This document shows positions 27,638 to 40,500 of a stretch of 64,000 nt of DNA, piece by piece (position 1 is the first letter of the stretch; every line of letters begins with the position of its first letter). Under the pieces are notes generated by a model. That model saw only the letters and a program-made list of their open reading frames with translations. It searched no databases and had not been told where the DNA came from. The DNA comes from Botryllus schlosseri (taxonomy: Eukaryota), in assembly GCA_051294905.1 (NCBI GenBank), contig CM119372.1:6016001-6080000 (forward strand), read 5' to 3'. A program made the translations under genes and the position numbers.

Positions 27638-27932
27638 CTCTTAGCGAAAAGAGTATGTATTTCCACCTGTGTATCACCCCAATATGCGAGTGTGAATAAA
27701 CACCAATGGCACACGAAACCAGAACGTACCTCAGAATTATATTGCAGTTATAAATCCTACACCCCTACGTGATTATCATTTGGATTAAAATGTTGTGTTT
27801 GATTTATACCGTGGTGTGAGTCAGAGGTAAGTTCTGGTGTCGTGTACCACGGATGTATCTTCACACCCTTATATTACGAGTGGTACATGGGTGTGCACTG
27901 TGCAAGTGTGCATACACATTTTTTCGCTAGGA
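27638..27932. mobile_element. Small MITE-like inverted repeat
   Basis: CTCTTAGCGAAAA...TTTTCGCTAGGAG with partially complementary arms; a related fragment at ~3720-3790. Confidence 0.5.
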
Positions 27933-28024
27933 GCATGACATCATATATATGATCTATACATGTCATAAAGTTGTGTGTAAATTCCCCATATAAAAGGTAA
28001 CTGCGAAGGCATGATTAGAGATGA

Positions 28025-29050
28025 ATGTCAATTCAATTCATTTCAATTCATTGCTAACAATTTCATCATTTCAATATTCCACAAGACTGTGATACAATAA
28101 ACGATAGGAAGGTGTCGGATCGACTTGGAGTAGTCGTCGAAATCAGAAACCAACCGGGCCAATGCGATGTAAAAAGGAGGCATGCACACTGAATGATAAG
28201 TAAAAGAAGACGATATAAAAGGACAGGTGACAAAAATATGGCATGTGTTGGAAGGCGAGATCGATATGTCATGTCGTGACCCGGTAAACTAAAGGGATAA
28301 CTAGTATTGATTCAGTAGAAATTGTATTTCGACTTGTATGTGGACAATGGACATGCTCGATAATTATCAGATAGCCGGCGAGATAGTGTTACGAAAATCA
28401 GACCCGGCATATTTGATGGAGCGATGATCTTTTTTGTCTGCCATATGATAGTTGGACGCGCGTGTGTCGTACTTATGCAATTTTGATACCGAGGTAAAGA
28501 AGTCATTGAAGTTTTCGGAGCAGTGGCGTCAATGGAACTGATACAAAAAATTGGCAATTTCTAGTATCCGCGTATCTTTCATGTTTAGGACACAGAATCT
28601 TTTGAGCAGTGAGTTTCTGGAAACACACCCTGGTCCCTTCGGGGCCCTGACTATGATACGGAGGACCTGATGTTGTAGTTTTTGCAATGGCTTCAGTGCG
28701 CTAACACTGCTGGCAGCCTCCCTAAACCGTGATGACATATTGTAACTTAGATTGGAAGAATGATTTCAAGAATATCAGAATAACGACGCAGACTGGCAGT
28801 AGAACAGGCCACAGTTTCGTGATAATTTTGTTTCTTGCGACTGACTGTGGCTCTTCCAGGACACGTTCGAGTATAGCGGGTATAGCATTTCACATTTTAA
28901 GAGTTGGAAATAGGCGGACCAGCGAACAGTGTGGTATTCAATGAGGAAGATTCAAGAATATCATTATATAAAGAGGACCGGCTCAGGCACTAGGCCTTGG
29001 GCTATACCACAGGTAACCAGTTGAGGAGAGGACAAGATGTTGGAGATAGA
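28025..29050 (-). pseudogene. Decayed non-LTR retrotransposon (CR1/L2-group) ORF2 3' part and 3' UTR
   Basis: Minus-strand remnants 'VTCGIAQGLVPEPVLF' (GVPQGSVLGP-like), 'YNDILESSSLNTTLFA' (preceding the RT DD), 'FFQSKLQYVITV*GG' and 'LQKLQHQVLRII..LLKRFCVLNMKD', broken by stops and frameshifts. The ~270-nt 3' UTR recurs at 16600-16872 ((TGA)n tail), 26770-27041 ((GATT)n tail) and 44370-44830. Confidence 0.75.
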
Positions 29051-29376
29051 AACCATTGCTGGTGCCCAGTGAGGTAGCGTATAGGAAATAAGTATCTCTA
29101 TTCACGCTTTGGCACAGTACGTTGTTGAGCGTAATCAGTTCATAGCTGCATTTCTACGAAATATCGATCATGATTCATGGAAACTGGATCTTTTATTCCA
29201 TTGTTCGCGCTATTCCCGCTTGATAGAGCAGCCGTTGGATCACATAGCTTGTACTGAACATCAGCAATAACAATTACTGGCGAAGGTCATATATATAGCC
29301 TAATCTTGGTGTTTAAAGAAGATGCATATTGCATTGGTTGATAGCACAGTAGATTGAATAATAAACTTTTAACGAA

Positions 29377-30688
29377 ATGTCTCTTCGTTCGATCATCGTT
29401 ATTGCAGTGGTAGCGGTTTGTATTAGGGAAGGGGCATGCAGCTGGAGTCATTTTGTAGACTTTGCTAAAAAAGCCGCTACAGGTGCTGGAAAATTCGTCG
29501 TAAAACATCCGTGAGTATGTTCACGCAATTATTCCTCTCACGTTACAGAACATAAGAGATGTACGACTCACATAATAGCCTGTATTTCTATGTCTTTGTG
29601 AGTGACAACTCACAGATTGAAAGTCAATGATGTTGAGTAGGGGTCGAAGATCTGATTCGTTTAATGAGCCATATTGCCCCTCCATTGTGAATTTATGGAT
29701 CTTATGGAATCATATAACACTTTCGATCAGTTGTGACGTTGCTCGACATTCAATTCTTATGGTCACATAACGGTGATGTCGTGAAGAATTCGTGCTCAAC
29801 GAATTAAATTGAAATAGCGAAAGTATCGATAAATATATTACGAATATGTGTCTCGAAGAAGCGAGTGTTGGCTCAATTCTATAAATTATGCCACCGATAT
29901 TAAAGAGGGAAATGCAAATCACTGCGATATTTGTCAGCTAATGTAAAAATAATATATATACCATTTCACGAAATCTCCTCATAACCAAATCCCTCGGACT
30001 CAATTTACAGTCTTATATAAGTCTGGTGTAATCCTACTTTTCGTAACGTAGTGCATACGTTCTGATCAGCTCATAAGACTGTGGTAAGACAGAAATGTTT
30101 GAATAAAGAGTTCATCAGTGATCGAACACTACCCGTCCAACACACCACCTTACCGTGTACCGAATTGAGGGAAACTTTATAATTGCGAACTTGTCTACAT
30201 ACAGGGAGATACTCGCCACTGCGGCCATGCTCGACGAAGATTTGTTGCATTACATGCACGATTTAAAAGAAAAGGTTGGCAATTTGCTACATCTCACGAC
30301 ATCTTATAAATTAAAAATCATTTCAGTTTTCATCCTTAGAGTCTGTCTCATGAAATAAAGCTATTTTCATAAACACGGCCATATGGGCGCATCGGAACTA
30401 AAAAAAACTCACAAGTTTTAATTTTTACTTCAGGACCAAGCTGCCTATGACCAAACCATCGGGAGTTTGAGGACAGAGTTCGCCAGCATCATGAACGATG
30501 CTGCAGCAGACGACGCCATCAACGATTTTGAAGCCATCATATCTATGGGTAATTTCACACCGTTTTGTTGTTGCGCTGCATTTTGTGTAAGTAGCCTACT
30601 ATTAATCTTGCGTTCAGACGCAGGCAACGAAAGGGAGGAAGCGAGCGACGCACTTGTGTCACAGATGATGTCGCACTTGCTTAATTAA
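29377..30688 (+). CDS. Styelin-like antimicrobial peptide precursor, paralog A (129 aa)
   Basis: Exons 29377-29510, 30205-30274, 30434-30548, 30618-30688. Translation: MSLRSIIVIAVVAVCIREGAC-SWSHFVDFAKKAATGAGKFVVKHPEILATAAML-DEDLLHYMHDLKEKDQAAYDQTIGSLRTEFASIMNDAAADDAINDFEAIISMDAGNEREEASDALVSQMMSHLLN*. Exon sizes 134/70/115/71 mirror paralog B (134/76/115/71). Confidence 0.82.
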
Positions 30689-32249
30689 ACGGGCCTATAT
30701 CGTCAGCCGCATTGATATCAACGATGCTTCCGTCAACGAAAACCAGATCACGGCACACCTGGGTTTAGCATGTTTCATTCACATGTATGTTGCTGGCAAT
30801 AAAAATACAAGCGAACCATATACGACCGAGGTCGACTCCAGAATCCCTTTCCCGAGTATTGGAGGTTAATCTCGGCTCCTCCATGCCATCTAATCAGCTT
30901 AAGCGATGTTTTACAAAAGGCCCAAAACGAAAGTAGGCCGTGATACAAATCGACAGATCATAATAATCAATACCGGTGTGGTGTAAAATGACCATAGATG
31001 TCCAATACTAAACAACAACATGCGTTGATATATGGCACATATTCATTGCGCGCACTATACGAATAGTGCCTGTATAGGACACGCATGTCGCATAATCAGA
31101 TCACACGATCGCCGATGCACATGGGATATCCAGGGGTCGAAAGTAAAGGGGGCACACGTAACTTTTAGATCATAAACACTTTGACATCATATATTTTCGC
31201 TACGTCACGAAATCTCTGCGACGAATAATCGTAGCTCCAAGTTTGACTCCCACTATTTATCCAGGATATGGTACGGACAGATAATATCGGGGTCTGCATG
31301 GATTACCATACATTGTAATTATGACTTTCAACGTTTGAAACGAACTGAAGTACACTAATACGTTCCTTTGGTATGACTGGACCGGGTCTTGATTCCGCAA
31401 TCAATCTGTCGAGGGCCTTGGCACTCAAACACTATACTCAACTTCATGTTTCTATGCCACGTACAATTTAAGGATTCTTAACCAGGAAACACGAGAAAGA
31501 AGATGAAATTATAAGCTATTTAGCGTATTTGTATATAAAGAATATACGTGACAAGTAACTTTGGAATAGTTTGGTTTTGTGTTATGATCAGATATGGTCA
31601 AAGTTGTCAGTGTTCTACTGTAGCAGATTTGAGGCCGTGATTTTCAACTCAAATACATGTAGAAGTTGGTGGTGGTGGCCCCTTTAGAAATTTCAGGGTA
31701 TCGGTATACGTCGTGGGTTCTATCCCCGTCCGGATCAGACCAAAGACCAGATTAGTAACACCGGTATCCATGGCTTTTACGCTTGTCGCTCAGCATTATC
31801 GGGATTGCACGGAGAGGTAACCTAGACTTAAAAACATCACAAGCATATATATCCGCACCAGCGGCATATGCAAATCATACACCCATGGTATGTATATGCA
31901 GAGATCGTGTATATGTAGGCTATATCATGAGTAGCCTATACATCAAGGAAATGTACAACGTCCTATTCATTCGTATTCCTATTCCTATATCTTCACGACA
32001 AAAGCAAAATCACCACAGACAATACGAATAGGTGAGATGTTTGGAAATCTATTCAGTTCCAGGGCCTGCTTCGCTAAGCTGTCATAAGATTTTCACCAAT
32101 ATAAGTGGCGCAAACATATCCCCAACCTTCTTGCTATACCTTACAAAATCCAAAGTGTAAGGAGGAACTATAATCCAACCTAAAACCGGTAAGAAGAAAT
32201 GCAAGTGGTCTACAAACATAAACACTTGATTCAAGTAGTAGGCTACAAG

Positions 32250-34577
32250 CAGTGGCGGCTCGTGACAATATCGGGCGGTGGGGCAAGGGCTGCGAGCGAC
32301 TTTTATCAACATGACGTCACAATGGCGTTTTCCAACGTTAAAAAGTAACTTTAATATGATGGTCACATGAATTTCCCGACAACAGTGATTTTAACGTAGG
32401 TGCCGCGAGAGGTTTGCCGGTGAGCCGTGACTTGAAGTGTGGTAACAAATGTTTTATTCATTTTTTTTTAATCAAAGGATTATTTTACATAATGTACGTG
32501 AACTAAGAATCGTCCCTATGCCACGAATCAATTATCAGGTCATCCTTAGTAGCATGCGTTATGATTTCATAGTAGAGTTAGAGAATACGCAAATCGATAG
32601 GCCGTCCGAAAGTGTTTCGTACACGATCCTGGTGTGTTACGACCACTGAGCTGGTGGTTACGAGTTACGAACAGGTGATAGGCAACCAAAGCGGAGGTAC
32701 CCGGCGTACGATTGGATCAATGGACTGGACAATTTCTAGACCTTTAATTTTCGCTCTAAAGGCAACTGCGTAAACTAGCCTACGTACGGAGCAAAGATTC
32801 AATACGATTCATGTTCGCACTTGACTTGACCAGACTAATTCCAATGACTAGAACTCGAGAGATTGCGTAAGCCTAACTGCAAAGGTCAACGACTTCGGAC
32901 ACATACGCAATTGTTATCTCATAGATTGGGCCTGTCATATTGAATCCAGAACATCAATTTGAATGGTCTTTGAAGAACTAAGGACAGCAGCCTCGGAACT
33001 TCGGTCTCGGAACAACATAGTACATTTTGGCCTTGAAACTGGAGATTGTGACGCAACACATACGGCTTACTGTCTATAAGTCTGCTGCGAAATAGCCGTT
33101 GGAAAATATATTAATCAATAAAGACATGAATGAAAGCCGTAAACTTAGCATACTGTTACATGAAATCATCGAGAAGTAGCATTCGCAATCTCATAACCCA
33201 TTCCGGCATGGTACACTGTCAAAATCAATACAAACAGACGAACACCGAACTTTGAGTAAAATAGATCGAGGAATAGGCTGATCGAATGATCAGCTGTTAG
33301 CCGACATCGAAAATGAAATAGCTATCGCATTTGACAGGGGATTGTAAGCAAATGGTTTGAAGGCCACAATTTCACAGTGAAATGCACATTGGCGAACATA
33401 AAATTATGTGAATATTTGAATGCAAACCGAGAAACTTAGTTTGCTGTTTCATGCGATCATCGAGATATACCATTGGAAATATCATCACCGATCTCGTTAT
33501 GGAACGCAGACTAGATTAGCACAGACAGACACCGGCTTTTGCGTGAGATCCGCAATGATGTGGGTAGGCTAAGTATCAGATCAGCGCGCATCTCTACCAT
33601 ACTCGACCTCGAAAACGAAATAACTGCCTCAATCATTGAGCGTCAACTTTAAGACTTGGCACCGCGTTCGATACTAAAATCAAGACATACCGTGCAAAAG
33701 CTCATGACAGATCTAGGTATGGAACATCGTTAAAATCAATAGAGACCAATAACGGCTTTTGCGTAAATCTGTTAGCGATAAATGAAGAGTCAGCTCTCAC
33801 TCGACTTTGGAAACGAAATTACCACCCACATAGTTCAGTGACAAACTTAAAACTTGTTACAGCGGTCGATACTAACATTAAGACTTACTGTGCCAAATGT
33901 CATGACCGATCTCGGTATGGAACGTCAAAATCAATGGAGACCAATGCCGGCTTTTGAGTAAAATCTGTTTGCTGTACAATGTACATGATAGATCAGCACA
34001 CACTGAACTTCGGAAACGAAATTACTACCCTTATCTTTAAGTAGCAAGCCTGAAACTTGGAGCAGTGCTAAATACCACCTTCACGACATATCATACCAAG
34101 TTTCAAGAATTATCATGGTGCGAAACACCGTCAAAATCGACATATACCAGCAAAGGTCGACTCAACGCATATCATGGTAACCGAGTTCAGATATAGATAC
34201 GATTGTTACATCACACCTTAAGGGCGACAGGCATAGTTGCCCCACTTGCTCGGCCATTTTACGAATAAGAGAGAGTAAATCACCGTTTCTTTATTGTGCG
34301 CGGCTTTGAGAGAATAGATAGTGAAAGCTTGTTATGAGCGCTACCGGGGCAAGCCCCGGCTAGGCATTCACAAAGCGAAAACACAGAAGAGAATTCGATT
34401 TTCGCAGAGACTTCGCTATGTATGGGCATTTGTTAGCGAAAGCACAAGAATAATGCGGGTTTCGCTGTGATCTCGGTATATACTGATTGCTGTGCGTCTA
34501 TAAATGGTTAAATTGTTATTGAACAGAATTTTAGGTGGGGCAATGCCCCAGTTGCCCTATAGGACGAGCCGCCACTG
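32250..34577 (+). mobile_element. 2.3-kb non-autonomous hAT element, copy 2
   Basis: TIR CAGTGGCGGCTCGT; perfect TSD GCTACAAG; no differences from copy 1 seen by eye. Confidence 0.92.
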
Positions 34578-34766
34578 GCTACAAGTATAGGTAAAACATA
34601 TTTAAGAGTAAACATGCTCTGTTACTGAGTATCTCTGGCTATGATGCCATAGTGCAGCCTACAGATGTTGTTGTGTGTGGTGTTCATGATGGTCACGATC
34701 ATTTGATATCATAGGCCGATATTCTTTGTTATGATTCCATAGCTGCCGACTTGTAGCTATACTAGC

Positions 34767-35213
34767 TAGGGTTGCATTTAAAACAAAAATCAATTTAAAA
34801 TAAACATGTTTAAAACAATGCCCTAATTAAAAACATGTTTTTTATTGTTTTTTTGGTTTTTTCGAGCCATGACGTCACGAATATTAAATTGTGACGTAAT
34901 AGTGGATTGACATTGACAATTGAAAATATAGGGTAAATATAGCTCCTTTGGCGAAATATCTGTACTAAAAATGTTGAACCGACTATTTTGAGGGTTCCAA
35001 CCATCCCATGTCGATATACGTCAGCTATATCGGGTGGTAATTGTCCATAGGCTCATACAACATGTTTTTTGGAAAGTATTTGCACACTTATGGCATAATT
35101 TTACAACTTAAAAAAACGTAATTTTTTTAAATAAGGCCTTTGTTTAAAACACTGTTTAAAACATGTTTTAAGCAAAGTGTTTTAAAACATCGTTTGTTTT
35201 AAATGCAACCCTA
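34767..35213. mobile_element. ~440-bp hAT MITE (TAGGGTTGCATTTAAAACAAA TIR), inserted into a SINE
   Basis: Long perfect TIR. A second copy at 49843-50268. SINE pieces lie on both sides. Confidence 0.8.
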
Positions 35214-36156
35214 CTTGGAGCAGGGCCCACTTCGACACCGCCTGCGCGGATCAGATGGCGAGGAGGAGCCTACGGGGGGAACTAACACATGTCAGATATC
35301 ATTTTAGCATCATCATTAACGAAAAGCAGTTACTGGAATCCATTCGTGAATTGACCGACTAAATGATAGTTCAGAGTGTTGTAAATGTTACTGAACTTAC
35401 ACGATTGTTTTAGTTAGTTCATACATTCAACGCGTGAGTTATTAATACACTGGTTTTGATTCATAATATTACCAGTTCATTTACTACAATCGACCATTGT
35501 AGACAGAACGTCCGAGAAAATTTCATGAAATCTTTTGGGATACTAGCGCTGAAAAGGTTAAGAACTACTGCTCCAATCTATTTGTTTTCACTTTGATACC
35601 ATTTGGCTGCATATCAATGCTCGTTGCTCATGCTCACGCCGTTTTCGTTATTCCAGCTACAATTCAATTTCCCTCACAGCATCTTCCAGACTATAGTATA
35701 GTTGAGTAAGCATAACTCACCGTTACGCCAGCTTCAGTTATAGTTTTAATGGTAACTAACTGGGATATCTGCTACCATCGAAAGTCACCGTGACGCACGG
35801 TACCGCCCTTCTATATATACTCTGTCGGTAAACGGAGCCGCCTGAGCGAGGTCATGTGACTATGATACAGTGCAATGGCAGGTAAACCTGAAGGAACCAA
35901 AATAATATTTGGGTACCGTGGTGAAAATTTGTTCTTGGGCTGTAAAACTAGGACTAGTAAGTAGCCCATACTACTAACCTAAATCAAGGGTTCCCAACCT
36001 TTTTTACATCGTGAGCTCCTCTGGAAAGTTTATAAAAATCAATGCCCCCTATTTCTTCAACCCTTGTAAAAACGAAGGAAACATCATTTTAATTGGAGAA
36101 AAAAACAGTTGTGTACAGTTATAGTGGAGAGGATTTAGAGATGATAAATAAAATTA

Positions 36157-37080
36157 CAGTGTTGGGATCAGGTCACTACCTTCGAGTCACGAGTCATTTC
36201 GAGTCATTGCACATTTTGACTCGAGTCAAGTCAAGTCAATCGATTTTCAAAGGTGACTCGAGTCAAGTCAAGTCAGTCGTTTTTTGGAGATGACTCGAGT
36301 CAAGTCAAGTCACGAGTCAAGTCACAATTCAAGTCAAATTGAATTTTCGAAGTACGAGTGATGATTCAAAGTCATTACATTTTGCTAGCTGTGTGAAAGA
36401 CAGATTAATAAATCATTTATCTTAATCGAATAACGAATATCTAGTCAAATATAAATGCAAAACGACGGTGTATCCCTCACGTACACGTAGAACTGGTACG
36501 TGAGTAACTGTACAGCTACCTACTACAGTCAGTTCTTATCAGCCAAAATATAGGACCTAATAAGACGATTCGAGAAGTTACAACAAATTGATATGGTACA
36601 ATAGCCTACACTACCCATCTACATATCCGTGAGAATATAAACGCACGCAATATATTCGTTCGATTTAAATCATACAAGAGGATTGGTAAATGTGAGCACT
36701 GGGCAACGTAAGCATTGAGCCGTCTAAGAAACAGAGACACATTGCTATTTACATTAATTTTCGACTTTGCGGTCAACTTATTTGTGATCTAACAATAGAG
36801 GAACCTTGTAACGTACAATCACTGAATGACTGGTTGTTCTTACAAGTGACACCGGCGTATCTCGAACAATCCGAACATACACAACATGCAGTGATTTATT
36901 CGACACCGCTTACTTAATGACTTGAAATTGACTCGTAAATTTTGCTCCGAGTCACGAGTCAATGCACATTTTCGAAGCTCCGAGTCAAGTCAAGTCAAGT
37001 CATTTTTCCAAAGTGACTCGAGTCAAGTCAAGTCATACGAAAAAGTTGACTCGAGTCTGACTCGAGTCATCCCAACACTG
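36157..37080. mobile_element. hAT MITE with GACTCGAGTC / AAGTC subterminal repeats
   Basis: TIR CAGTGTTGGGAT. Inverted diverged copy at 45503-46457. A related GACTC-repeat remnant at ~1918-2385. Confidence 0.8.
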
Positions 37081-37592
37081 AATAAAAACAGAATTACTTT
37101 TCATGGCTTTCTTGAAAGCTAAACGATTGTAAATGTTCGCTGTGAACACGAACATTTGACGTCAGTTTACGTCACAATGCTAATTCCAAGGCACATCAGT
37201 TTTTGCCTCCTCTTTCTGTTCTCGTCTATATAAGATATTGCCAGAGTGATAGTCGTCGTAGTACATTTGGTATCAATCGAAACATGTCACTCATGACGAT
37301 GTGCAGTTGTGAACCTATTGCATATAGGCCGCGGCTAGCCCTACACCATATTGAATCGCAATACCTGAACACACACTGACACACAGACTGTATTTCTCGT
37401 AGTGTTGGTGTATCAATACAGACAAAAGCCCATCAGATCGCTTCCGGATGCGAAAAGTAAGTATCCATTTATTGTCATTGAAATATTCTGCATACAATTC
37501 AAGGCGCATAGGCCTGCACCAAATGTAGTCTGCATAGCATCCGAATAAGATTTTCTTGGTTACACCGCATATTATTGATAAGATTGGGATGG

Positions 37593-40500
37593 TTACTCAA
37601 GAAGAGACGAAGTAATCTTCTGTGCGAGTTGGTCGCTTGCTCTTTGTTGTTCTTTTTCGTCATCTAAATTTAAGGGGTCGTATATTAATGCAGGGCGGCA
37701 TTATGGATTAGTCAATAATATTACACTAAATGCACCTGCGGAAATTGACCGTATAGCGCTCAAGACAAGAGCCCGCAAACGGATATTTCAAACCGGTATC
37801 GAAATATGACATATTTCAACTAAAAAATCTAATTAATGACTCTGATTTAAAATATGGGTCAAATAAAAGTTTCAGTTAGGTATATTAAAGGTCCAGCGGA
37901 CTAGGAAAGTAGTACTTCCAGTCCGACAATATTGTAGTTCAGAAAACACAATTCTCAGCATTTCAACCACGAGTTGAGCTGGTATGTACCTTGTAATTAC
38001 CCCCAACAGTACTCAAAACCCTCCCTGGTATGGCCTTCGTAAATACTCTGCCGGTCGGGAGCATGACAGTACCAGCGCTAAATGGTTGACGGAAATGGAC
38101 CGAGAGAATTCAGATTTTAATGCGGCCATATTGGCGATGCTTATCGCAATCAATAGAAGACAACATTAATGACCAAAGAGCGCGGTTTATGAAGGGTAGC
38201 TGGATAATTCCGATGTTTCTACGGAGCGCGATACGTCGGCTTAATAGACACCGCGTTTAATTCTCTCGCTCTCTCTCACCATATATATATACATATCGAA
38301 TTTAGTAGCGCAGCCTAGTTTTATTCTAATGCTGCATCACTATAGTTGGTAACAGGTTCGAGCCTGGGACGGGAGTGGACTGTTGTATAACTCAGCGGTC
38401 CAGGAATAGTCCATAAAGTGTCAAATGATTTCACACGTCAAAGCGCCGTCATTTCTATGCAGCAACACGAAATGCTAGTCATTTTAATATTCCGTGGAAA
38501 GCTCACCCATGGCAATCATCGATTCCAAGTCTCTAATCGCATCGTTGACATGTTCATCGCTCATTACGTTGCTGAATTGTGATTTTACTATGTCTAAGGC
38601 TTGATCATACGTGTCCTGGTCCTGAAATGAAGTCGCATGAAACCATGTTGAGTTTGCCTGCGCGGATACGAGTAGGATATACTTGGAGAAAGCGGACAAG
38701 GACGGCATAGCTTGGCAAAACGGCTGGAGTAGGCTACTCGAAACCGAATCGAATATACCGATTTTCTTTTATTCGTGTCGGACAGTGAGAATCGATACAT
38801 TCGAATAACGACATTATACGCCCATCGTTACTTAACGTTCTTCAATCAACATCAACTATTTTGGATGAAATAATTGCTAATTACAGTTTCGATGCCTTCA
38901 TCGCACCACGGCAACCCTGAAGTCTCGATCGCACGATCACATACGTCAGAACAGGGCACAGTGTAAATGGACTTGAAATATTTGCCTTCATGGAATAGTA
39001 ATATACAGTTTAATATATGTTATAGACCAGTGGTTCCCAACGTGGGCGATTTGGCGGTCTAGGGGGGCGAAAACAACGAAGGGGGCGATAGGGAGCGAAA
39101 ACGAACGAAGGGGGCGATAGGGGGCGAAAACAACGAAGAGGGCGATGGCGCGTTAAAACGGCTATATGGAGTGAGAACCAAACTCCAAACCCCCCAATTA
39201 GGGGGGGGGGCGAACTCGAAGGGGGCCCAAAATTATTTCGTGAATTAACATAAAATATATAGTAATTTTGGCATATATCTTAATTTTTGGGTACCCTTCC
39301 CCCAACAAATCATGTCTAATTACTATTTAGGGGTCCTACCTTTTCCAACACACCACACTCGGCTCTACCGGTAAATCTGATTACGTGAGCAGAGAGAACT
39401 TAAAAAATCGATAGTAATATATATGTAATTCCCTACCATATTGACCGATTCAAACATGAATTATATAAATTTGTCACGCTTCGCGCGTTTAGATGAGATA
39501 CGGTGACTCACCAAACAGTACATGAAATAAGGTATAGCTGATATGTAGCGACAAAAAGCCCACTGGCGGAGGGGGGTCTGGGGTTGGGTTTACCACCGTA
39601 TGGGGCCCAAGACCAACGTTTGGGGGGCTGACGAAGTGCTCTCACGGTCCTGATTGGAGTCAAGTTGGAGAAAAGACTTTTTTTAGGCAACTCACGAAAA
39701 TTTAGCTGCAAAATAGTAATTTCGAGTCAACTCGCCGGTGATCCCAGTTTGTAAACCCATTTTTCGGTTACCAATATTTGGGGGGCGATGATGATCGGCG
39801 TGGAGCTTCAAAGGGGAGCGATGAGTCGAAAAAGGTTGGGAACCACTGTTATAGACCTTATACTTTATATGCCATCCTACACCCAATTAATGATCATATC
39901 CTGTAAGGTTGCTGCTATAATAGAAGAGTAAAACGGTGTACGATGGGAGCCGTGTACATTCTGGTCGTATTTGCCTCTTTGTTCATATACACCTAGGATC
40001 ATGGACGTGAAGCCTCGACAACCCGAGTTTCGATACCCCCCCCCCCCCCGCAATTTGGGCTCAAGATATTATTTTGAGAGACTACAATTTTTAGGGCATA
40101 GAAAGTAAAGAAGGCTACAAAGGACTCACATACCAGTTTTTCAGAAACTAGACACTATATTAGTTTATGAATTATAGCAATTTGAAATTTTAACTAACAA
40201 AACTGTACCTTTATTTATCTATCGCATGTGGAACAATGCTGTAGAACAATGTTCACTTGAACCACATGTCTTTGCAATAGTCAATACTAGGGATGGTGTG
40301 AACCTCTTAAAGGTTCAGGTTCGTGTGAACGCGAACCTTTTTGAAAGGTTCTGTGTGAACACGAACGTGAACCTCATGACGTAACGTTACGTCATATTGC
40401 TAATTCCAACCCTATCTTACAATGAAGTGATAGCTTATATCAATGTACAATTGTACATGGTACCTAGCGACGACTCGGGCCACACCAGGCCACAATGCCG

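Noticed and set aside
30549..30617. Cys-rich hydrophobic stretch 'NFTPFCCCAAFCVSSLLLILRS' in the ORF track
   Set aside because: Interpreted as a 69-nt in-frame GT-AG intron, because paralog B has an intron at the same position.
35620..35825. TATA-like box, GTGAGT donor and 'LEDAVREIEL' resembling a fifth peptide paralog
   Set aside because: No signal-peptide exon and immediate stop codons; the similarity is too short.
36180..36340. Regular GACTCGAGTC/AAGTC repeats superficially like a CRISPR array
   Set aside because: No unique spacers or cas genes; these are subterminal repeats of a eukaryotic MITE.
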